From contig CAZMAK010000006.1 of the NCBI GenBank assembly GCA_964564245.1, forward strand, positions 1,213 to 65,212: a stretch of DNA of 64,000 bases, read 5' to 3'. The notes below the pieces were generated by a model. That model saw only the letters and a list, made by a program, of their open reading frames with translations, searched no databases and was not told the DNA's origin. Origin of the DNA: an uncultured Ectothiorhodospiraceae bacterium. GTDB lineage: Bacteria; Pseudomonadota; Gammaproteobacteria; UBA9214. Within the stretch, counting starts at the first letter, position 1; the number at the start of each line of letters is the position of its first letter. Position numbers and translations under genes: made by a program. Shown here piece after piece: positions 1 through 9,935 of the stretch.

Positions 1-2480
1 CCTTCCAGCGCACGCTGGAAGACTTTCATGCCAGCGGCATCGGTCCGGAACAGCTGCAGCAACTGCTGAACCAGACGCTGTACCTGCCGGTGTTCACGGC
101 CCATCCGACCGAGGCCATCCGCCGCACCGTCATGGGTTCGCTGCGCAGGATCTTCGTCACCAGCGAGAAACTCGACGACCTGCGGCTGGGACGTGAAGAA
201 CGCGAGTCGGCACAGCAGGACCTGAAGCAGCAGATCCAGGTGTTGTGGAAGACCGATGAGGTACGCCTCCACAAACCGACGGTCGAGGACGAGATCCGCA
301 ACGGTCTGTACTTTTTCCATGAAAGCCTGTTCGCGGCGGTTCCCAAGACCTACCGCTATCTGGAAAAGGCCCTGTATCACATCTACGGCGGACGCGAACA
401 GGCCGCGCCGGTCGTGGTGCCCGGCGGCCTGCTCCGGTTCGGCTCGTGGATCGGCGGTGACCGCGACGGCAACCCGTTCGTCCGGCCCGCGACCACCGCC
501 CTCGCGCTGCGCATGCACATGCGCGAAGTGCTGGGCGTGTACGTGGAAAAACTCGAGCAGCTCGGCGCCCGGCTCACCCAGTCGACCCGCCTGTGCCATT
601 TCTCGACCGCCTTCACCGAAAACCTGGCCCGCGACGAACGGCACTACAGTGACGCCTGCGGCAATTTCCCGGAGGCCTACCGCCACGAGCTCTATCGCCG
701 CAAGATCTGCATCATGCGCAACCGCCTGCGTCTGAACCTGGCCGACATCGACGCGCGCATGCAGGACCCGGCCGGGCGGATCAGCCGCAGTCCCTCGGCC
801 TATCGCAACGAGCAGGAACTGCTGGACGACCTGCAGGTGATCCGCCAGTCACTGATCGCCGGCGGCGACGGGCAGGTGGCCGGCGCGGAGCTGCAGGACC
901 TGATCCGCCTGATACAGACCTTCGGTTTCTACCTGATGCATCTCGATGTCCGGCAGGAATCGACGCGCCATACCGATGCCGTCAGTGCCGTGTTCAGGCA
1001 ACTGCCGGGGTCACCCGGCTACGCGGCACTCGACGAAACCGCCCGGCAACGCGCGCTGAGCGAAATGCTGATGGAAAGCCCGCCGGCGATCCGCCGCGAC
1101 ACGCTGGACGAGACCACGCGCGAGACACTGGAAGTATTCGATGTCATGCGCGACATGCAGGACGAGATCAGCAGCCAGGCGTTCGGCAACTACATCATCT
1201 CCATGACACACACGGCCAGCCATATCCTCGAGGTCATGTGGCTGGCGTGGCTGTGCGGGCTGGCCGGACGGCGCGACGGCGACACCTTCTGCAATATCCG
1301 CATCGCCCCGCTGTTCGAGACGATTCACGACCTCGAGCACATCGAGGTGGTATTGTCCGAACTGCTCGACAACGAAACCTACCGCAACCTGCTGAACCGC
1401 TCCGGACATTGCCAGGAAATCATGCTGGGTTACTCCGACTCCTGCAAGGACGGCGGCATCCTGGCCTCCAACTGGAGCCTGTACGAGGCACAGAAAAAGA
1501 TCATCGCCATCTGTGGCCGCCACCGCATCGATGTACGCCTGTTCCACGGCCGCGGCGGCACCATCGGCCGTGGCGGCGGCCCGACCCACGAGGCGATCCT
1601 GTCGCAGCCCCCGGGCACGGTACACGGGCAGATCAAGTTCACCGAACAGGGCGAGGTACTGCGCTACAAGTACAGCAATGTGGAAACGGCGGTATACGAG
1701 CTGTCCATGGGCATTACCGGCCTGCTCAAGGCCAGTACCGGCCTGATCCGGCCGGTCAGCGCGGACCGGCGCGACTACATGCACATCATGGACGAACTCA
1801 CCGCGATCGGCGAACACTGTTACCGCGACCTGGTCGACGCCACGCCGGGCCTGTTCGACTACTTCTACGAGATCACCCCGGTTACCGAGATCGGCCTGCT
1901 CAACATCGGCTCGCGGCCGTCGCACCGCAAGCAGCAGGACCGTTCCAAGGACTCGATCCGTGCCATTCCCTGGGTGTTCGGCTGGGCACAGTCACGCCAT
2001 ACCCTGCCCGCCTGGTACGGACTGGGCAGCGCCCTGCAGCAGTGGCGTAACAACGATCCGCAACGGCTGGCGCGCCTGCAGAGCATGTACCGTGAATGGC
2101 CGTTCTTCCGTGCCCTGCTGAGCAACATCCAGATGGCGCTGTTCAAGGGCGAAATGAACATCGCGCACGAGTACACCCGCCTGGCCGGTGACCAGACACT
2201 GGCACAGGGCATCTTCAACAAGATCCGGGACGAGTACCAGCGCACCATCGAACAGGTGCTGCACGTGATCGGCGCACACCAGCTGCTCGAGGAAAATCCC
2301 GTGCTCGGCCTGTCGCTGTACCGGCGCAACCCCTACCTGGATCCGCTCAACAACATCCAGATCACCCTGCTGGCGCGTTACCGCGACAGCAGCGAGTCCG
2401 CCGGCGCCCGGGAGCAGTGGCTGCACCCCCTGCTGCGTTCGATCAACGCCATCGCCAGCGGCATGCGAAACACCGGCTGA
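1..2480 (+). CDS. ppc: Phosphoenolpyruvate carboxylase, 5'-truncated at the window edge
   Basis: The reading frame is open from nt 3. It carries the PEPC signatures VFTAHPTE and FHGRGGTIGRGGGP and ends with the conserved NTG C-terminus. Confidence 0.9.
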   Translation, partial: FQRTLEDFHASGIGPEQLQQLLNQTLYLPVFTAHPTEAIRRTVMGSLRRIFVTSEKLDDLRLGREERESAQQDLKQQIQVLWKTDEVRLHKPTVEDEIRNGLYFFHESLFAAVPKTYRYLEKALYHIYGGREQAAPVVVPGGLLRFGSWIGGDRDGNPFVRPATTALALRMHMREVLGVYVEKLEQLGARLTQSTRLCHFSTAFTENLARDERHYSDACGNFPEAYRHELYRRKICIMRNRLRLNLADIDARMQDPAGRISRSPSAYRNEQELLDDLQVIRQSLIAGGDGQVAGAELQDLIRLIQTFGFYLMHLDVRQESTRHTDAVSAVFRQLPGSPGYAALDETARQRALSEMLMESPPAIRRDTLDETTRETLEVFDVMRDMQDEISSQAFGNYIISMTHTASHILEVMWLAWLCGLAGRRDGDTFCNIRIAPLFETIHDLEHIEVVLSELLDNETYRNLLNRSGHCQEIMLGYSDSCKDGGILASNWSLYEAQKKIIAICGRHRIDVRLFHGRGGTIGRGGGPTHEAILSQPPGTVHGQIKFTEQGEVLRYKYSNVETAVYELSMGITGLLKASTGLIRPVSADRRDYMHIMDELTAIGEHCYRDLVDATPGLFDYFYEITPVTEIGLLNIGSRPSHRKQQDRSKDSIRAIPWVFGWAQSRHTLPAWYGLGSALQQWRNNDPQRLARLQSMYREWPFFRALLSNIQMALFKGEMNIAHEYTRLAGDQTLAQGIFNKIRDEYQRTIEQVLHVIGAHQLLEENPVLGLSLYRRNPYLDPLNNIQITLLARYRDSSESAGAREQWLHPLLRSINAIASGMRNTG

Positions 2481-2599
2481 TTTGGGAGTCGCCGCCTGCC
2501 CCGCGGTGCCGGATTTCAGCCGGTAGCGCGGTTCGCGCGGGATGATGAGACAGGTTCTAGTAGACAGCCACTGCGTCTCGCGGCAGGATACTCCAGCAT

Positions 2600-3928
2600 A
2601 TGGACAAGCGGCTCGCCCTGGTGGTTGATGATTCACGCTCTGCGCGCGAGTCCCTCAAGCGCATGCTGGAACAACACAACCTGGCGGTCGACACGCTGGA
2701 TTCCGCGCCGGGCGCACTGGAATACCTCAGGCAACACACACCCGACGTCATCTTCATGGATCACATGATGCCGGGCATGGACGGCTTTCAGGCGGTCGAG
2801 GCCATCAAGGGCAACCCGGACACCGCCACCATCCCGATCATGATGTACACCTCCAGGGAAGGAGACCTGTACCTCAGCCAGGCGCGCGCCCTCGGCGCAG
2901 TGGGCATCCTGCCCAAGCAGGTGCAGCCGGCCGCGCTGTTCGAGGTGCTGAACAGACTCGGGCTGGTGCGCGAGCGCCGCACCAGGGCCACGTCGGAGAA
3001 CCACTTTGTGCTGCTCGACCCGCCCGAGGAGGTCGCGCTCTCGGCCGCGCGCGAGCAGATCACGGAAATCGCCGATGCAGCCGCCCGGTCGGTACAGGCA
3101 CAGCACAGCACGCCCGGGCAGCTGGCCGAACAGCTGGAAAAATACCACCGGGAAATGCTGGAAAACCTGCACGAACTGCGCAGCACACTGGATCGGCCCG
3201 ACCCGGAAAGACATCGTTACCACGCAACGGCACCCCTGCTGGCTATCGTAATCATGCTGATCCCGCTACTGTGGCTCTACCAGCAGGGCGCCGCGACGCG
3301 TGACGCCCTGGACCAGGCGAACCGGCAGATCGGGCAGTTACGCACGCAGCAATCGCGGGAGCCCGGCAACAAGGATCCGGTACAGGCGGTGTCACAGAAA
3401 CAGTTGCAACCCCGCGACAGTCACGGGCACGTGCGGGACGGACAGGTCTACGACAGCATCGCCTGGGCACTGAACCAGCACAGCGCCTACCCGCTGAACC
3501 AGGAGGCCTTTGGCGATGCACGTCTGGCCCTGGTCCAGGAACTGGTGGAGCGGCTGGATGCACTGGGCTTCCATGGTACCGTCCGGCTGGAATCACACCT
3601 CGGTGAATTCTGCCTGTCCGGCAAGGACAGCGATGAACCCGGGCCGGCCGCGCCGGACACTCCGGTTACGGAATGCGACCTGATCGGTCATCCGCAGCAA
3701 CAGCTGCCCGATGCCGGTGAGCGCCAGTCCATCGCATTCGCGAACTTCCTGTCGACCTCGCCGCTGCTTGCGAGCGGTCATATCCGCATCGAGATCGTAC
3801 CGTTCCTGTTCAGCCGGCCGCGTATCGCCTACCCGCCACGGCAGGGCGATGTCACCGCCCGGGACTGGAACCGGATTGCCGCGGCCAACAACCGTATCGA
3901 GGTCAGGCTGCTGCCCGACACGGAATAG
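2600..3928 (+). CDS. Response regulator receiver domain fused to an unrecognised C-terminal region with one predicted transmembrane helix
   Basis: The N-terminus is a CheY-like receiver with the LVVDD motif and a phospho-acceptor Asp in the FMDHMMPGMDG context. The following roughly 300 aa contain a hydrophobic helix (LLAIVIMLIPLLWLY) and no motif I recognise. Confidence 0.65.
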   Translation: MDKRLALVVDDSRSARESLKRMLEQHNLAVDTLDSAPGALEYLRQHTPDVIFMDHMMPGMDGFQAVEAIKGNPDTATIPIMMYTSREGDLYLSQARALGAVGILPKQVQPAALFEVLNRLGLVRERRTRATSENHFVLLDPPEEVALSAAREQITEIADAAARSVQAQHSTPGQLAEQLEKYHREMLENLHELRSTLDRPDPERHRYHATAPLLAIVIMLIPLLWLYQQGAATRDALDQANRQIGQLRTQQSREPGNKDPVQAVSQKQLQPRDSHGHVRDGQVYDSIAWALNQHSAYPLNQEAFGDARLALVQELVERLDALGFHGTVRLESHLGEFCLSGKDSDEPGPAAPDTPVTECDLIGHPQQQLPDAGERQSIAFANFLSTSPLLASGHIRIEIVPFLFSRPRIAYPPRQGDVTARDWNRIAAANNRIEVRLLPDTE

Positions 3929-3958
3929 CACGCCCCGGCCGGCAACCGCCACCGGGCC

Positions 3959-4843
3959 CTAGCCGGTATGCTTTTCCACTGCCACTGGCTGCAGGCCGGT
4001 ATTCGACCTGCACACCAGCAACGGCCGCGAGGCCTTGCGCAGGACATGTTCCACCACGGAGCCGTTGGTCAGGCGATCCAGTCCGGTACGCCCGTGGGTG
4101 CACATGGCAATGATGTCCGCGTTGGAGCTGGACACCGCATCGAGAATTTCTTCTGCCGGGTGCCCGCTGCTGGCCGACTGCAGCGAGACCGAGATACCGG
4201 CATAGCCCAGCATGGCCTTGTAGTCCTCGATCCGCTCGTCGATGTTCCTGTTGTCCAGGGTATCACCGGTTTCGGAAAAAACGCGGTAGTCGTGAAACAG
4301 GATCACCTCGGACTCATAGAAGCGCGCAAACTCGACAACCAGCGGAATAATACTGTAGCTGGATCCGGAGCCGTCGATCGGGACCAGGATGCGGTCGAAC
4401 AGGTGGTCGATATCGCGGTCCTGCGGCCTGCCGCCGGTCACCGGCGGCAACAGCATGGGCGCGTGCGCATGGCGCATGACGTGTTCCGCCACGCTGCCGG
4501 CGAGCAGGCGCTCGATGCCCTTGCGGGCATGAGTCGGCATGGCGATCAGGGCGGCGGACATGAGGGCGGCCGCCTTGACGATCTCACTGACCGGTTCACC
4601 CATGCGCACATCACAGGTGAGCGTGGCGGTGACCGCTTTCAGGTGCCGGCGAAACGCGTCCAGTGAGCGGATCGCCTGGTCGCGCTGCTCCTCGATGTAC
4701 TGCTGCTCGTAGGCCGAAAGGTCCGGCAATATGTGCAGCAGGGTAATCTGCACGTCCATGCGCTGGGCGAACCTGCGCACGTAGGGCAGCACTTCGATAT
4801 CCAGTTCGCTGCCGTCCAGCGGCACCAGTATCCGGTAAGTCAT
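3959..4843 (-). CDS. Tandem universal stress protein (two UspA domains)
   Basis: Two repeats of UspA-like sequence (ILVPLDGS..., ILVPIDGS..., GSVVEHVLRKASRPLLV). Start placed at MTYRILV. Confidence 0.8.
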   Translation of the reverse strand: MTYRILVPLDGSELDIEVLPYVRRFAQRMDVQITLLHILPDLSAYEQQYIEEQRDQAIRSLDAFRRHLKAVTATLTCDVRMGEPVSEIVKAAALMSAALIAMPTHARKGIERLLAGSVAEHVMRHAHAPMLLPPVTGGRPQDRDIDHLFDRILVPIDGSGSSYSIIPLVVEFARFYESEVILFHDYRVFSETGDTLDNRNIDERIEDYKAMLGYAGISVSLQSASSGHPAEEILDAVSSSNADIIAMCTHGRTGLDRLTNGSVVEHVLRKASRPLLVCRSNTGLQPVAVEKHTG

Positions 4844-5001
4844 CCTGTATTCCCTGTGCCGGGATCCGGGCGCGGCAGACAGTACAAGGGGCAGTCGTTG
4901 CGGGTTCTGAAGGGAATCAATATAGCACAATCACCGACGGCAACAGGGCCCGGGATGGCCGCCCCGCCCGTGCGGTGTTGCTGTTTGCCCCGGCCCTGCA
5001 T

Positions 5002-5211
5002 TTACCGGCGGAACCAGAGGTTGACCAGGATGCTGATGACGATACTGACGATGATCATCGAGGTCACGGGGATGAACAGGCTGCCATGCTCACCCTCACG
5101 ACGCAGATCGCCGGGCAGATGGCCGAACCAGCTGAACAGACCGGGCACCAGGGTCAGCAGCACCCCCAGTACCAGTAACAGCAGGCCCGCCAGGATCAGT
5201 ACGCGTGCCAC
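5002..5211 (-). CDS. Small membrane protein, DUF2905-like
   Basis: 69 aa with two hydrophobic helices separated by a GHLPGD loop; typical DUF2905 architecture. Confidence 0.5.
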   Translation of the reverse strand: MARVLILAGLLLLVLGVLLTLVPGLFSWFGHLPGDLRREGEHGSLFIPVTSMIIVSIVISILVNLWFRR

Positions 5212-5220
5212 GGCAAGCCC

Positions 5221-5622
5221 TCACCCGATGCCCTGCAGGTAGTCCCGCAGGTACAGGCGCTCGAACCAGTCCCGGTCCCACGACTGGTCGCTCAGCAGGT
5301 CATGGCATTCCGGTCGCATCACGTACGCCCAGGCCTGGCAGGGCCGTTCCATGGCATCGCTTACCACCACGCGGACACGCTGGTAGAAATCGCTCTCGAA
5401 TGCGTCCAGCCGGCCCAGCTGCAACTGGCCCAGCCCTTGGTACAGGATGCCCCTGGTGTTCGCACCGGGTTCCGGCCGGATACCGGGGTAATGCCGGTCA
5501 CGCACGGTGTAACAGACGTAATTGTCCAGCACCGCCGCCACAGCGCTGTAATGGCTGCCGCTGACCCGCTCCATTACCTCGGGAAACTGCAGGGTGCCGT
5601 AGCAGAACAGGCGCATCTTCAT
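5221..5622 (-). CDS. Gamma-glutamylcyclotransferase-like protein (AIG2/GGCT fold)
   Basis: N-terminal MKMRLFCYGTLQ matches the YGTL motif of the GGCT/AIG2 family. The start codon overlaps the tatD stop by 4 nt. Confidence 0.6.
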   Translation of the reverse strand: MKMRLFCYGTLQFPEVMERVSGSHYSAVAAVLDNYVCYTVRDRHYPGIRPEPGANTRGILYQGLGQLQLGRLDAFESDFYQRVRVVVSDAMERPCQAWAYVMRPECHDLLSDQSWDRDWFERLYLRDYLQGIG

Positions 5623-6407
5623 TGCCCCCGGCCGGCGACGAAGGCATCCATGCGCAGTACAGCACGGGCGTTGGCCGTGGTCCGCGCGGCGACGTCCGGC
5701 TCCGGCATGGCGCGCACCTGCGCCAGTGCCGCCAGGCAATACGGCAGGTATTCCGGGCTGTTGCGCTCGCCGTGGTGCTGGGCAACCGTCATGTCCGGTG
5801 CATCCGTTTCCAGCACGATGTCCTCCAGTGGCAAATCGTGCGCCAGCGCACGCAGCCGGCGGGAACGCTCATAGGTCAGCATGCCGCCGAAGCCCAGGCG
5901 GAAGCCCAGCTCGCGGTAGCGCGCGGCCTGCTGCAGGCTGCCGTTGAAGGCGTGGCAGATGCCACCGCTCACGCGAATCCGCTGCAGGGTGGCCAGCACC
6001 GTGTCGTGTGCCTTGCGCACGTGCAGGATTACCGGCAGGCCGCAGCTGCGTGCGATCTCGAGCTGCGCCTCGAACAGCGTCTGCTGGCGTGCGCGATCCA
6101 GTCCCTCGACATGGTAATCCAGCCCGATTTCGCCGATCGCCAGCAGCGGATGGGAGGCCACGCACTGCTCCAGCCGTACCACATCGGTATCACGGTGCCG
6201 GGTCAGGTACACCGGATGCAGGCCCAGTGCGGGGAACAGATTCGCGTCGCCTGCGCAGCAGGCCAGCAGTTCGTCCCAGGTCTCCGCCAGCACACCGGGG
6301 ACGACGATGCCGGTTACGCCCCGGGCACGGGCGCGCTCCAGCACTGCGTCACGGTCGGCGGCAAATTCCCCGACGTCCAGATGGCAATGGGTATCGATCA
6401 GCGCCAT
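5619..6407 (-). CDS. TatD-family metal-dependent hydrolase/DNase
   Basis: MALIDTHCHLD N-terminus, the GEIGLDYH motif and an ILHVRKAHD-like segment. Start set at MALIDTHCH. Confidence 0.85.
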   Translation of the reverse strand: MALIDTHCHLDVGEFAADRDAVLERARARGVTGIVVPGVLAETWDELLACCAGDANLFPALGLHPVYLTRHRDTDVVRLEQCVASHPLLAIGEIGLDYHVEGLDRARQQTLFEAQLEIARSCGLPVILHVRKAHDTVLATLQRIRVSGGICHAFNGSLQQAARYRELGFRLGFGGMLTYERSRRLRALAHDLPLEDIVLETDAPDMTVAQHHGERNSPEYLPYCLAALAQVRAMPEPDVAARTTANARAVLRMDAFVAGRGQ

Positions 6408-6466
6408 ACCGCCATTGTATGCAGGATGCACATTGTCGCCCAGCCGTTTTCTGGTATGTTGCCGGC

Positions 6467-7327
6467 ATGCCTGAACCGTCCACCGAGAACGCCGCACCCC
6501 GGGTCGACCTGGAACGGCGTTTTGGCGGGATTCTCCGCCTGTACGGCAGCACCGCACTGGAACGCTTTCGTGCCGCCCACGTCTGCGTACTGGGTATCGG
6601 CGGGGTCGGCTCGTGGGCCGCCGAGGCGCTGGCCCGCTCGGCGATCGGGCAGATCACGCTGGTGGACATGGACCACGTGGCGGAATCCAACATCAACCGC
6701 CAGCTGCCGGCCCTGGACGCAACACTCGGTATGGCCAAGGTGCAGGTCATGCGCGAGCGGATCCTGCAGATCAACCCGGCCTGCGTGGTGCATGCGATCG
6801 AGGACTTCGTCACGGCCGACAATCTCGCCACGCTGCTGACCGGCGATTACGACTACATCATCGACTGCATCGACGGCTTTCGCACCAAGGCGCGGCTGAT
6901 CGCGCACTGCCGGCGCAACCGCCTGCCCGTCATCACCGTGGGTGGCGCCGGCGGGCAGGTCGACCCGACCCGCATCCGCGTGGCCGACCTGAGCCGGACC
7001 GAACATGACGCGCTGCTCTCCAGGACCCGCAAGCTGTTGCGCACGGAGTACGGGTTTCCGAAGAACCCGAAACGCCGCTTCGACGTGCCCTGTGTCTACT
7101 CGCTGGAAAACCCGGTGTTCCCGGCCGCAGACGGCGGCATCAGCCCGGCCAGGCCGGAACACGCCACGGGCGGCCTGACCTGCGCCGGCGGGCTGGGATC
7201 GGCCATGCCGGTGACTGCCAGCTTCGGTCTGGCCGCCAGCGCGCATGTCCTGAAAAGGCTGGCCGTCAGGGCGGCTGAAGCGACCGGGCAGCAGGAACCC
7301 CGCGCAGTAGAACAACCGGGAGAATAG
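6467..7327 (+). CDS. tcdA: tRNA threonylcarbamoyladenosine dehydratase (ThiF/MoeB-family, CsdL/TcdA)
   Basis: Rossmann motif VLGIGGVGSW, then DMDHVAESNINRQ and a C-terminus typical of YgdL/TcdA. Divergent from tatD. Confidence 0.8.
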   Translation: MPEPSTENAAPRVDLERRFGGILRLYGSTALERFRAAHVCVLGIGGVGSWAAEALARSAIGQITLVDMDHVAESNINRQLPALDATLGMAKVQVMRERILQINPACVVHAIEDFVTADNLATLLTGDYDYIIDCIDGFRTKARLIAHCRRNRLPVITVGGAGGQVDPTRIRVADLSRTEHDALLSRTRKLLRTEYGFPKNPKRRFDVPCVYSLENPVFPAADGGISPARPEHATGGLTCAGGLGSAMPVTASFGLAASAHVLKRLAVRAAEATGQQEPRAVEQPGE

Positions 7328-7328
7328 T

Positions 7329-8153
7329 TCAGAACCGCCGGCGGACGCCCAGCGTAATTCCGGTATTGCGGGTTTTGCTGTCCGGTTCGTTGACCAACTG
7401 CGCAGGCACCACGGGTGTGCCGTTCTGCTGCAACACGACGGCCGTGCTGGCATCGAGTGGCCAGGACTCGAACCAGGTCGACAACCACACCGACAGGCCG
7501 GACGGGAGATCGTGTTCAGCCAGCAGGGACACCCGGAAGCCGTTAGCGGCACGCGGATCCAGGTTGACGTCATCATAGGGGCCCTTGAACCGCACGTGGA
7601 GCTGTGGATCGAGCGGGCGCTGCCAGCGGACATCCACTGCCAGGCGATCCCGCCGGCCGATCGGATGTTCCCCGCGTATGCCGAGTCCCCAGTACCACCA
7701 GCGGTAGTCCTCCACCTCGCCAGACAGGGTGGTGGACTGGATATCGCGCCGCCAGTCCCGGTAACCCAGGCCGGCGTAGCCATCAACACCGCGTCCAGGC
7801 ATACCGGCCAGCCGGTGACCGGCGCGCGCGCTCCAGTCGGCGATGCGCTCGTCCGTCCGGGTGGTAGCGTCCGGTGCCGTGTAATCGACCCGGCCGGTAT
7901 GCAGCCACAGTTCCGACTCGCCGAACCAGTCGCCGGTGCGCCAGCGGATCCCGCCTGTCAGCCCCGGCACCACCCCGCCCTCCCGGTCCAGGCTCGCACC
8001 GGCCGTGTTGAACTCTTCGTAGCCGAAGTCCAGTGCCGAGGCGCCCAGCCACCAGCAGGTCGTATTTGCACACGGCTGTGCGTGCGCCAGCGTACCGGAC
8101 GCCAGCCAGAGCACAAGCACACGGGTGGCGGAATTCAACCGGGGGAAATGCAT
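7329..8153 (-). CDS. Outer-membrane beta-barrel protein, function unknown
   Basis: Signal peptide MHFPRLNSATRVLVLWLASGTLAHA, alternating amphipathic strands and a C-terminal ...RRF aromatic residue typical of OMPs. Confidence 0.5.
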   Translation of the reverse strand: MHFPRLNSATRVLVLWLASGTLAHAQPCANTTCWWLGASALDFGYEEFNTAGASLDREGGVVPGLTGGIRWRTGDWFGESELWLHTGRVDYTAPDATTRTDERIADWSARAGHRLAGMPGRGVDGYAGLGYRDWRRDIQSTTLSGEVEDYRWWYWGLGIRGEHPIGRRDRLAVDVRWQRPLDPQLHVRFKGPYDDVNLDPRAANGFRVSLLAEHDLPSGLSVWLSTWFESWPLDASTAVVLQQNGTPVVPAQLVNEPDSKTRNTGITLGVRRRF

Positions 8154-8223
8154 GCAGCGGTATCCGTTGACGGCGTGCGGACCCGGTGGTCCGCACGCTG
8201 GCCGTATCACGGGACAGAAGACG

Positions 8224-9246
8224 CTATAGCGCAGCCAGATCGTCCCACGTGGTCATGATGGTGGATGGATTCCCGTCGGAGTCCACGAGATCGATCTGCA
8301 CATTGACTCCATCCGGCTGCGCCGTCACCGTGGCGCTGGAACTGTCCTTGCTGGTGGTAATCACCAGTACACCGGCCGTCGGATTGCCGTTGGATACCCC
8401 GTCGGTGCCGTCATTACCGGTAAATGGCGTGGTGGTCTGGAACGTGACCGACCCGTTCAGCTTGCTGGAGCCGACCGTCGCCGCGGCATCGTAGGTGAAG
8501 TCGCCGCTGACCGAATCGGCGCTCAGCATGTAATCATAGCCGGTCAGCACCACCGTTTCCGTCCCGTCCTTCCCGCCCAGCTGGCTACCGCTCAAATCCA
8601 CGTCAACCAGGCCGGCGCCGTCATCGCTGATCGCGATGGACATGTCGCCATTGACGAATACATTGACGATACCGTCGTTGGCGGAAAAGTTGCTCATCGT
8701 GGTATCGATCGCCAGGTCATAGGGCGCGACGGGACTGGCCGGGTCAAAGTTGGCCGAGACCGAGCTGATGGTAAAGGCAAACACGCCATCCAGCACGGTG
8801 CCGGACTCGTGGCATTGCGTGAACTGGACACTGAACGAGTCACCTGGCATCAGGTAAGTGGCACTCGGGTCGGAAAAGGTTGCCAGGTAGCTGACCGTCC
8901 CGCCGCCGATACCGGTGCAGGCCCACCCGCCGGAAACGGTGACGCCGGTCAGGGTACCGGCAGGAACCGCTTGCACAGCTATCCTTTCGAGCTGCTGCAG
9001 TGCAAAGTCCGCGAACCGGAATTGTGAGTGCCCCGCACCGCCCGTGACGCCGGTGATGAAACTGGCCCCGCCGGAAGAACCCTCTGCAATGTTCTGCGAG
9101 TCGAACACGACGGCGGTAACGTTCTGTACATTGGTGGAAGTCACGCTCATCGCGGGGTACTGGCTCAATCCGCCGCCACCCCCGCCCCCGCACGCGGACA
9201 GAAACCCGAGGCCGACCGCCGGCAATAATGTTCTGAGTCTGGTCAC
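8224..9246 (-). CDS. Gly/Ser/Thr/Asp-rich lipoprotein, function unknown
   Basis: Lipobox LSAC followed by a poly-Gly linker. Start is a GTG preceded by a GGGAGG ribosome-binding site. It lies immediately upstream of the OMP gene. Confidence 0.5.
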   Translation of the reverse strand: MTRLRTLLPAVGLGFLSACGGGGGGGLSQYPAMSVTSTNVQNVTAVVFDSQNIAEGSSGGASFITGVTGGAGHSQFRFADFALQQLERIAVQAVPAGTLTGVTVSGGWACTGIGGGTVSYLATFSDPSATYLMPGDSFSVQFTQCHESGTVLDGVFAFTISSVSANFDPASPVAPYDLAIDTTMSNFSANDGIVNVFVNGDMSIAISDDGAGLVDVDLSGSQLGGKDGTETVVLTGYDYMLSADSVSGDFTYDAAATVGSSKLNGSVTFQTTTPFTGNDGTDGVSNGNPTAGVLVITTSKDSSSATVTAQPDGVNVQIDLVDSDGNPSTIMTTWDDLAAL

Positions 9247-9584
9247 AACCTGCCTCCCTGGCTGAATGATTGGTATGGTTTTTTCAACACTACACCGTCG
9301 AACGGAACCATTTCAATCAGACATCTCCTACCGTGGCGTGCACACTTCAGGAATGCGATCCAGTTCACAGTTACAGCCACCCCGTCGAGCCGGGCCGACC
9401 GGATGACCGGAAGCCATTGTTTCTTATCGGATAAGATCCCGCCTGGAGGAAACCGGCGAGCATGCCGTGCACGACACCGCGCCGCCGGGACCCGGGATGG
9501 AGGGTAGAAGCGAACCGGGTGCCGCACGCATCGACCGGCCTGCCCGACGCGGCCGGATACGTCAGCACGGCTACGAGGTCCCGG

Positions 9585-9935
9585 TTATTGCACGCTGCCG
9601 AAGCCGTAATCGGCGCTGCCTGCCGGAACCGGCAACCCGGCCAGCTGGCAGCCCTGATGGATCGGGCCACCGGGGAACAGCCCGTACAGGTATTTCATCC
9701 CGCCACGTGCATGGAAGCGCTCTTCCAGTGCATCGTACAATTCGCGTGACCGGATCGACTCCGGACCCTCGTGACGCACAAAGAACTCCTGCAACGCACG
9801 CACGGCTTCCCAATGGGACTCACCCGGATCCAGGCCAATGCCACGGGCAAAGGCAATGGCCTCCTCCTTCGTCCACCCGTCCGGCGCATGCGGAAAATCC
9901 TGGACTACCGTGTCCATTGCAACATTCGACATCAT
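9585..9935 (-). CDS. DsrC/TusE-family protein lacking the C-terminal catalytic cysteine
   Basis: KYLYGLFPGGPIHQGCQLAGLPVP aligns to DsrC ...[28 protein letters not shown], but the protein ends AGSADYGFGSVQ. An AGGAGG ribosome-binding site sits 7 nt before the ATGATG start. Confidence 0.7.
   Translation of the reverse strand: MMSNVAMDTVVQDFPHAPDGWTKEEAIAFARGIGLDPGESHWEAVRALQEFFVRHEGPESIRSRELYDALEERFHARGGMKYLYGLFPGGPIHQGCQLAGLPVPAGSADYGFGSVQ

Noticed and set aside
1011-2050. Several ORFs (304 aa minus strand, 270 aa plus strand in another frame) inside ppc
   Set aside because: They lie within and overlap the PEPC reading frame, which carries the unmistakable PEPC signatures.
6398-7789. 463-aa ORF on the minus strand
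   Set aside because: Antisense to tcdA (a clear ThiF-family match) and overlapping the OMP gene. Its composition is Arg/Gly/Ala-rich junk.
9247-9584. 338-bp intergenic region scanned for sigma-54 promoter or small RNA
   Set aside because: tggcgtgcacacttc only loosely resembles a -24/-12 element. There is no convincing structure or terminator, so it was left unannotated.
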